Shown here in pieces: positions 21,647 through 27,948 of a stretch of DNA of 41,712 bases. Position numbers and translations under genes: made by a program. The notes under the pieces were generated by a model, which saw nothing but the letters and a program-made list of their open reading frames with translations, made no database searches and had not been told where the DNA came from. This stretch comes from a virus. The DNA lies in the IMG/VR virus record IMGVR_UViG_3300025292_000001. One strand, written 5' to 3'. The first letter of the stretch is position 1, and each line of letters starts with the position of its first letter.

Positions 21647-22132
21647 CTATCTCGGAACCGAGAACCACGGAGGCGTTTTTCTAGACGAACGCAAAGACAC
21701 CCCAACCCTACGAAGACTGCCAAACCAAGAGCCGAAAGTATGACCTCCATTGGCAGTCCCCGCCAAGATTCCAGTACCACCCAGCAGTAGTAACGCAGCG
21801 AAGTTAACACACTCCAAGGCTGCTGCGTATATCCAATTCTCCTGAATTACGCCAAAAAGTTTCAGGAGGCTGACTAGGACGGACAAGCGGAACAAATTAA
21901 AGATCCAGATCTCGAATTCTTCCCGGGCCAAAGAGTAAACGGCCAGGCAAACCATGGCATCACAGGCGAGTGTCGCAGCTGGGTGATACGGCATCCCAAG
22001 CCGCCACCATGTGGCTGAAACGACGAATGACAGGGCGCCGATAGCGATCCAGAGCCAAGCCCGAGGGAGACCCCGGGCAAGGAATGCGGCTACCATCGCG
22101 CTAATGAGGAGAGCCACTTCGTATTGGTTCAT
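21647..22132 (-). CDS. Polytopic membrane protein, 161 aa (about 5 TM segments)
   Basis: A hydrophobic segment recurs about every 25-30 residues. No recognised family. Confidence 0.6.
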   Translation of the reverse strand: MNQYEVALLISAMVAAFLARGLPRAWLWIAIGALSFVVSATWWRLGMPYHPAATLACDAMVCLAVYSLAREEFEIWIFNLFRLSVLVSLLKLFGVIQENWIYAAALECVNFAALLLLGGTGILAGTANGGHTFGSWFGSLRRVGVSLRSSRKTPPWFSVPR

Positions 22133-22135
22133 AGG

Positions 22136-22465
22136 CTATCGCCCTCCGCCGCCCATGGGACTGATCTCAACGCCGCCTACTGATGCCGGAGCCGGGGTAT
22201 CAACCCCGTTCATTTGGCAAATACGGGTCTGTTCAGCATGCAAGCGAGCAGCCGCCGCGGCAACCAGTGCAATCTGACCTGGGATCGATCGTGCGTCTGC
22301 AATGATCGTCTTGGCGGCGATGGCCTTCGACACCATCCCGGCAGCCACACCTTTCTCGGTGATCTTCGCGCACTTCAGAGCCTCTTTATAAGCCGCCGTG
22401 AGGTGCTTATCGATTGCCGCTTGGCATTTTACACCGGCTGCTACGATTTCTTCCATGGAACGCAT
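22136..22465 (-). CDS. Hypothetical Ala-rich helical protein, 109 aa
   Basis: AAGGA SD 7 nt upstream. Confidence 0.55.
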   Translation of the reverse strand: MRSMEEIVAAGVKCQAAIDKHLTAAYKEALKCAKITEKGVAAGMVSKAIAAKTIIADARSIPGQIALVAAAAARLHAEQTRICQMNGVDTPAPASVGGVEISPMGGGGR

Positions 22466-22475
22466 GAGATGTCCT

Positions 22476-22682
22476 TTAGTTGTTGCACTTGAGGGTTTGG
22501 AGAAGCCGGTTGTGAGCGGCTACGTCGTTCGCAAAGGGGCGATCATTCTGGAGAATGTAGACCGTCGTCTCCAGTTTCGGCCGCAGCGGTTTGAAGCCGT
22601 CGCACGCATTCCCTTTCGTCGTCGATTGGCAGGCCATAAGAGGCACACAGATCAGAGGCAGCAGAAGAAGAGACTTGCGCAT
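22476..22682 (-). CDS. o-spanin (Rz1-like outer-membrane lipoprotein), 68 aa
   Basis: Internal start MRKSLLLLPLICVPLMAC has a signal peptide plus the lipobox L-M-A-C. It overlaps the 3' end of the i-spanin gene in another frame. Confidence 0.75.
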   Translation of the reverse strand: MRKSLLLLPLICVPLMACQSTTKGNACDGFKPLRPKLETTVYILQNDRPFANDVAAHNRLLQTLKCNN

Positions 22683-22848
22683 CGATCTCGCCTTTCTTGC
22701 GGAGGATCTTGACGGAGGATTCGAGGGTTTCGACGGCCATAGCCTGGCGCTGGTGAGCTTTGCCTTGGAAGTAGGCGATAGGCCCAGCCACGACCATGCC
22801 AAGCGCCATAGCGGCGAGAAGCTTAGGAATGTCGAGAAGACCGATCAT
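22543..22848 (-). CDS. i-spanin (Rz-like), 101 aa
   Basis: N-terminal TM segment (LLAAMALGMVVAGPIAYF) followed by a charged helical periplasmic part. ATGA overlap with the holin stop. Confidence 0.7.
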   Translation of the reverse strand: MIGLLDIPKLLAAMALGMVVAGPIAYFQGKAHQRQAMAVETLESSVKILRKKGEIDAQVSSSAASDLCASYGLPIDDERECVRRLQTAAAETGDDGLHSPE

Positions 22849-23060
22849 TTCGCCCAGCCCATCCGGCGAGCGAAGAAATACCATCCCTCGGATACCACAA
22901 AGGCCACACCGCCCGCTCCTACCTGCAGAAGCATTTGCATATCCGGGTCCGTGGAAAGCTGTGCCCCGGCCTCTGGAGCAAGTAATCCCTTTGCGACGAG
23001 GAACCCGGCCCCATAGCGCAGGATGATGCGGGCAATGACGGCAGCCATCAGGCTCTCCAT
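22845..23060 (-). CDS. Putative holin, 71 aa, two hydrophobic segments (possible dual start M1/M5)
   Basis: Position between endolysin and spanins. Segments AAVIARIILRYGAGFLVAKGLL and LLQVGAGGVAFVV. Basic C-terminus. Confidence 0.5.
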   Translation of the reverse strand: MESLMAAVIARIILRYGAGFLVAKGLLAPEAGAQLSTDPDMQMLLQVGAGGVAFVVSEGWYFFARRMGWAK

Positions 23061-23806
23061 TTCGCGATGATGTTGAGGATGATTTCGAGAAGCCTTGCGA
23101 ATCCGCCTTTGCTTGGCGCCGGCTGCGGCTCCGGATTGACGGGCTGTTCAGGCTTGGGAGTGGGGATGGGCGCGGTTTGCCTGTAACCGGCTTCTCTGAG
23201 AGCGCTTTCGAAGGCCTTGGCGTATTCCTCGATCTTCGCCCCGTTCGCGGCTGTGTCGCCGTTCACGATGGCGCGGGAGGCGTAATATCGGAAGCCTGGC
23301 ACTGCCGGCGTCTTGGTCACGAGATAATCGTAATCAGACAGCTTCTTGCCGGTGAACAGGCCCTTTGACATGCCGTCGAACATGACCCGCACCGAGGTCT
23401 TGAGGTCGAGGGCAGATTCCTTCGTCACCCCGAACTTGTCGTAGTTGGCCTCGTGGGTGAGCTGGATAAGTCCTCGGCCGAACCATCCCGAGCGCCAATA
23501 GGGCTTCGACACCCAAGGCAACTTCCCCTTAGCAAACGCAGCATCGAGGCGAGCGATAACCGTTGCGTCAGAAGGATTCCGGTCCTTGCTGCTGGCGTAG
23601 ACGGTTTCCTTGACAGGCTCCATCTGGCCGCCCGTCTCGTGATACGCTTCCGAAAGGATGGCCGCTAGGTGAAAGAGGCTCGTGCCGCGCCGTTCGGCTT
23701 CATCGATGATGGCTTCGATGCCAGCAACCTGCTTCGTGGACAAGCTAGTTCCGAATACGCCAGACGTGCGTCGGCGCAGTGCTGCGTAGAACGCGGCTCT
23801 GTTCAT
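23048..23806 (-). CDS. Endolysin, glycoside hydrolase family 19-like, 252 aa
   Basis: LSEAYHETGG ... GRGLIQLTHEANYDKFG are the GH19/chitinase-like catalytic motifs. Pro-rich linker and an amphipathic C-terminal helix. Confidence 0.8.
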   Translation of the reverse strand: MNRAAFYAALRRRTSGVFGTSLSTKQVAGIEAIIDEAERRGTSLFHLAAILSEAYHETGGQMEPVKETVYASSKDRNPSDATVIARLDAAFAKGKLPWVSKPYWRSGWFGRGLIQLTHEANYDKFGVTKESALDLKTSVRVMFDGMSKGLFTGKKLSDYDYLVTKTPAVPGFRYYASRAIVNGDTAANGAKIEEYAKAFESALREAGYRQTAPIPTPKPEQPVNPEPQPAPSKGGFARLLEIILNIIAKWRA

Positions 23807-23826
23807 GGTTCACCTTTGATGATGGC

Positions 23827-23855
23827 AAAGAAAAACCCCGCTCGATGGCGGGGCT
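23827..23855 (-). terminator. Rho-independent terminator between the FkbM gene and the lysis cassette
   Basis: CCCCGC (23836-23841) and GCGGGG (23848-23853) form a stem with a 6-nt loop. On the minus strand it is followed by TTTTTCTTT. Confidence 0.75.
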
Positions 23856-23885
23856 GAGAGTGCGTCTGTTGTACTTGAGGCCTGG

Positions 23886-24755
23886 TCAGGCGAGCTTGGG
23901 ATTCCGGAGAGCCATCGTCCCGTCTTGGGCAGTCATAGCCACGAGATTTGCCCTGTTGCGATCGTAGAGCATGCTGCACGGTGATTGGTGCATCACGTCC
24001 CAACCCATTTCGAAGAACATGTTCAGCAGATTGCCCTCGATGTATCGGCTATGGGTGCCGATGAACATGAAGCGGACCTTCTCGTCTAGGAAGTCCTTGC
24101 AGCTCTGCGCCACGTTCCACTCTGCACCCTGGATATCCCAGTGAGCAAAATCGATGATGTCGAGATCCCGGCAGATCGTCTGGAAGGAGAACGCCGGGAT
24201 TTCCTCGGTCTCGTATTCCTTGCCGCGATAGTCAGTGTTCCCCTTGCTCTCGGTCGGGGAGCCGCCATAGTCGAGCGCCTCTGTCTTCGGGAACGAGAGC
24301 GTAGTGTCGCTTTCCCATGCGGCCCCGCGGATCAACTTGACATCACAGCGACGATCGACGCCGTTAATCCGCATATGCTCCCGCATGCGCTCATACTTGC
24401 CAGCGTCCGCTTCGACCCCGACAAGATGAATATTCGGGAAGCCAGCGCGGGCACAGACAACGCCGGCAGCTGAAATCCAAGGTCCCCAGCCAGCGCCAAG
24501 CTCTACAGCCGTGAACTTGTGATGGCCTCGGCGGATATCGATCGCCGTCAGGAGCGTGGCGTGCTCATAAGCGCCACCATAGAAGCCATCATCAGGGATC
24601 GGCATCCTGTGGACAAACTCGCCGTTATGCTTCTCGCCGCCGACGAACAGATCCGTCTTGGTGTGAAGGCCGAGGAAGTTCGTCCAGCAACCCTCCGGGG
24701 TCTCGATATATCCTTCTGCCACTCGGTATTTGTTGATGATTTCCTCAACCTGCAC
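23886..24755 (-). CDS. FkbM-family SAM-dependent methyltransferase, 289 aa (GTG start)
   Basis: VELGAGWGPW (GxGxG) and IDFAHWDIQGAEWNV (FkbM D.EG.E motif). GGGAGAG SD before the GTG at 24755. Confidence 0.75.
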   Translation of the reverse strand: MQVEEIINKYRVAEGYIETPEGCWTNFLGLHTKTDLFVGGEKHNGEFVHRMPIPDDGFYGGAYEHATLLTAIDIRRGHHKFTAVELGAGWGPWISAAGVVCARAGFPNIHLVGVEADAGKYERMREHMRINGVDRRCDVKLIRGAAWESDTTLSFPKTEALDYGGSPTESKGNTDYRGKEYETEEIPAFSFQTICRDLDIIDFAHWDIQGAEWNVAQSCKDFLDEKVRFMFIGTHSRYIEGNLLNMFFEMGWDVMHQSPCSMLYDRNRANLVAMTAQDGTMALRNPKLA

Positions 24756-24816
24756 GCCAACTCTCCCAAAAGAAACTGGCGTGCACACTATAAGCGAGGT
24801 TTTGGCGCCGCAACTC

Positions 24817-26571
24817 CTATTTGAGGCGCCAGCAGGCAGAGCTACCGTCATAAATGGCGGTTGTCAGGGTTCCAGATGCGCCGGAGAGAGCGTTGCAGAT
24901 GTTCCCGCCAGTGTTGTAGGTGATCGTGCCATTGTTCGACAGCGTGACTTCTCTGGATGACCAGCCGCCGTTTATGGTGGTCACGGTCGCCGGGCCGTTC
25001 ACGACGACAAACTTCGTCACCGGCAAGGTGATCGTCGTCCCGCCAGTGACGGCGCCCCCGGCGTTATCAACGCCCAGATTGTCGTGGATGATGGCAGAGG
25101 TCGCATTGCCACCAGTCGGCGTGTAGACGAAGGCGTTCGTCGTCCCGATGATCGAGTTATTGGCGACGACGCCAACAAGGTTTGATGAACTCTGGGTGAT
25201 CGAAATCCCGTTGGTCAGCGTGCCGCCGCCGACGTTATCGCAGACGCCGATCGAGTTGCCCCGCACAGCACTATCGCTGGCCGAGGCCTCAATGAGAACG
25301 GCCGTCCCGGTGCTGGTGGCGCCCGCGCATACCGTGCTGCTGTCCAGCGAGAACTTAGCGCCGCCACGAACGCGGAACCCGGTCTGATTGGTGGAGATGT
25401 AAGCACGGTGGCCGACGAAGTGGTTGCCGTAGACGACACCGCTTGCGCTGTTATCGATGTAGACGGCCTCAGCGGCGGCGCTCGAAGTCCACGAACCAGC
25501 GAACTGATTGCCACGCACCTGAGCAGAGGCCGCGAAGGTGTTGATGTAAAGGTCATTCGTCTTGCTGGTGTCGCCGACCACGGTCCCGGTGAAGTAGTTC
25601 CAGATGGCTGCCTGGTTGGCGCCGGGGTAGATCTGGGTTCCGACACCACAGCCATAGACGGCGTTAGCCGTGACAAGTGAGCCGCCACTGTCGAGGAACT
25701 TCATGCCGATCGCGTCGGAAAGGCCACCGTCATAGCAATAAACGGTGTTCCCGAGGATCTGCGTGTCTACGGTGCTGGCGCCCGTCGAGGCGTTCCCCAC
25801 GCGGATGCCCATCGCGCCGGAGACGTTGCGCGGAGTGATGACGTTGTGACGGATGACGCCATCAACGTTCTGCGTGCCACCGCTCCCGGTGATGTCGATG
25901 CCGATAAACGCCTTGTTGATCTGCACATCGGAAATGACGACGCTGTTTGCACTGGCGCCCGCAAAGACCGCCGCGTTGCTGGTCGGCGTCGTCGCATAGT
26001 CGATGCAGGTGTTCAGCAGCTTCGAGCCGGCCGACATCGTGATTGCGTTAATGCCAGCGGCAGCCACGCGGATACCGACATCACAGGTGAAATCGTACTG
26101 GCCACCACCGCCACCGTTGCCGAGAACCGTCAGGCCTGCCGGAATGGTGATCCCGCTGGTGATGCGATAGATACCGTTGCCGAGCTGGAGAGTGCCAAAG
26201 GGGCGCGCCGTCATCGCCGCCGTGAGGCACGTCGTATCATCGGCGATCCCATTGCCAACGCAACCGGGAATGATGCCGTTGCCGCCAACATAGGTGATCC
26301 ACTGAGCGGCCGTCTTCGCCTGCGAAAGGGACGTGATACCGATAGCCGACATATCAGCCGGCATGTCACCCACAACAAGCGGGCGGAACGTCGGAGCGCC
26401 CGAACTGCCATCCGGGGCGGCGAAGAAGTTGTTCGCCGACTTGGAGGGCAGGTTGAGATTGCCGTTGACCGTCAGGTTGTTGAATGCCGGGGACGGCAAC
26501 TGCTGGGCAAAAACAGCAGACGAGTAGGCAAGCGCCGTCAACGCCGCGAGCGCGAAGCGTACAGATTTCAT
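24817..26571 (-). CDS. Right-handed beta-helix (pectate-lyase-like) spike/depolymerase protein, 584 aa, with signal-peptide-like N-terminus
   Basis: GIADDTTCLTAAM...GTLQLGNGIYRITSGITIP is followed by many G/N/T/V-rich ~22-25-aa coils. The N-terminus MKSVRFALAALTALAYSSAVFA-QQ is signal-peptide-like. Confidence 0.7.
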   Translation of the reverse strand: MKSVRFALAALTALAYSSAVFAQQLPSPAFNNLTVNGNLNLPSKSANNFFAAPDGSSGAPTFRPLVVGDMPADMSAIGITSLSQAKTAAQWITYVGGNGIIPGCVGNGIADDTTCLTAAMTARPFGTLQLGNGIYRITSGITIPAGLTVLGNGGGGGQYDFTCDVGIRVAAAGINAITMSAGSKLLNTCIDYATTPTSNAAVFAGASANSVVISDVQINKAFIGIDITGSGGTQNVDGVIRHNVITPRNVSGAMGIRVGNASTGASTVDTQILGNTVYCYDGGLSDAIGMKFLDSGGSLVTANAVYGCGVGTQIYPGANQAAIWNYFTGTVVGDTSKTNDLYINTFAASAQVRGNQFAGSWTSSAAAEAVYIDNSASGVVYGNHFVGHRAYISTNQTGFRVRGGAKFSLDSSTVCAGATSTGTAVLIEASASDSAVRGNSIGVCDNVGGGTLTNGISITQSSSNLVGVVANNSIIGTTNAFVYTPTGGNATSAIIHDNLGVDNAGGAVTGGTTITLPVTKFVVVNGPATVTTINGGWSSREVTLSNNGTITYNTGGNICNALSGASGTLTTAIYDGSSACWRLK

Positions 26572-26586
26572 GGTGATTTTACCTAT

Positions 26587-26916
26587 TTACGGGAGGACTT
26601 TGGCGAGCAAACCGCCGTTGAAGTAGTAGTCGCCAGCAGAGAGGCCTGATATGTTGCCGTCGTTCACCACCGGCAGAGTGTCTAAATATGTTTTGACCAA
26701 AAGGCCGAAATTCCCAGGGTTGAGCAGGTCGTTGCCATCAAGATCTAGATCTGAGGTCATCCCTCCCTTGCCGGATCGGGAAAGGCTGTCCTGCATCATC
26801 GAGGAAATGTCGGTCATCAGCTCGTTAAAATCTGATGATCGGATGACGTTGCGAGGGGCAGCCGGGGAGGAATCGTTTGTCGGCAGCGTCACAACGCCGC
26901 TGTTGTCTCTGGGCAT
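26587..26916 (-). CDS. Tail-fibre N-terminal anchor-like protein, 109 aa
   Basis: MPRDNSGVVTLP...FNELMTDISSMMQDSLSRSGKGGMTSDLDLDGNDLLN parallels the N-terminus of the 26927..27751 fibre. Confidence 0.6.
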   Translation of the reverse strand: MPRDNSGVVTLPTNDSSPAAPRNVIRSSDFNELMTDISSMMQDSLSRSGKGGMTSDLDLDGNDLLNPGNFGLLVKTYLDTLPVVNDGNISGLSAGDYYFNGGLLAKVLP

Positions 26917-26926
26917 GTGTGACCTC

Positions 26927-27751
26927 TTAAGTCTTAATGATAAACATGAGGGCGATGTTTCGAGGGCGCGTTTCGGAGCCGCCGAAAGATCCGGTGTCTA
27001 CGGCACTCCCTGGGCCGGCCTTGGAAATTTCTGAGCCTGTCTGTGGCGGCTGGATAATGTCAGCATTGACAAGCTTAAAGTCGGTCAGTGGGTGGGCGTG
27101 AGACTTGATCGAGTCCGCTTGGGCGGAAGCGAAGGCTCGGCTTGCGTCGATGCCTCTCCCATGATCCCAGCCTCGGACAAACTCACCTCTGAGATCTGGG
27201 ACGTTGAAGGTTGTCGATCCGTCGCCCGCCCCCCAAACAGTGCCGATAACGGCGTAGAGGGCGGCATATGTAGTGCGGGACACGGCAGCCCCGTCACACT
27301 CAAGCCAACCAGTAGGGGCCGAGTTACCCGCGAACATGTCAACTTTGCCTATGGGAGACCAAATGGCGTTTTGCGCGTCCACGTAGGTCTTGTTGGTGAG
27401 GTGGTCTCCGGTTGTCGGGGCGTCATTGACGGCAACGGGGACGGTAGATGTCGCCACTGTGGTCGATACGGAGAAGATATCAGTGCCACCGCACACCAGG
27501 GCCATCTCATTTCCAGAGGGCCTGCGGATACCCGTGTCAGGATCCGCCGTCCACGAAATTCCTGGTTCCCCGGTCGCGCCAGAGATGGCAAGTAACTGCC
27601 CAGTCATCCCGGCCTGGCCGTCTCGGGGCAGAGAATCCGTGATCATCGTCGCTACATCGGTGAAATTCGCGTTCACCTGATTTGCGTCGGCGGTCGTCAA
27701 TGGTGTAAAAGTGTTGACGATGCTCGCCACACCGGAACCGTTGCGGGGCAT
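26927..27751 (-). CDS. Tail fibre protein with phage tail-collar domain, 274 aa
   Basis: N-terminus MPRNGSGVASIV...DSLPRDGQAGMTGQL. C-terminal GTVWGAGDGSTTFNVPDLRGEFVRGWDHGRG is the collar-domain motif. GAGG SD at the 27751 start. Confidence 0.75.
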   Translation of the reverse strand: MPRNGSGVASIVNTFTPLTTADANQVNANFTDVATMITDSLPRDGQAGMTGQLLAISGATGEPGISWTADPDTGIRRPSGNEMALVCGGTDIFSVSTTVATSTVPVAVNDAPTTGDHLTNKTYVDAQNAIWSPIGKVDMFAGNSAPTGWLECDGAAVSRTTYAALYAVIGTVWGAGDGSTTFNVPDLRGEFVRGWDHGRGIDASRAFASAQADSIKSHAHPLTDFKLVNADIIQPPQTGSEISKAGPGSAVDTGSFGGSETRPRNIALMFIIKT

Positions 27752-27948
27752 TGGATACCTCAGATTTTGGAGATTTCTTGAAGACGATCGATCACGATCC
27801 GAACGAGCCGCAGAAGCAGATGCTTCCCGACTTCGATCGGACATGGGAGGAGCGAGTTCACGGATCGAAGCGCACCCTATGGGATGCCCTGCCGTGGATA
27901 GTTACTGTTACTGGCCTGTATTTCGCCCGAGTGGGCTGGCCGTTTTAG
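27751..27948 (+). CDS. Possible antisense small protein, 65 aa (TTG start), acidic N-terminus plus C-terminal hydrophobic helix
   Basis: It exactly fills the gap between two minus-strand genes. Hand-counted GC3 is 41/65, against 11/32 for the competing minus-strand frame. Weak RBS. Confidence 0.3.
   Translation: MDTSDFGDFLKTIDHDPNEPQKQMLPDFDRTWEERVHGSKRTLWDALPWIVTVTGLYFARVGWPF

Noticed and set aside
25846-26649. 267-aa plus-strand ORF, plus the minus-strand alternative frames 25215..25688 and 25767..25997
   Set aside because: They lie inside the beta-helix spike gene. Their Arg-rich composition indicates off-frame translation.
27752-27844. N-terminal extension of the tail fibre (start at 27844)
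   Set aside because: The extension is Ser/Arg/Asp low complexity with a GC3 of 11/32 by hand count and no SD. The ATG at 27751 has a GAGG SD and begins the conserved MPRNGSGV fibre N-terminus.
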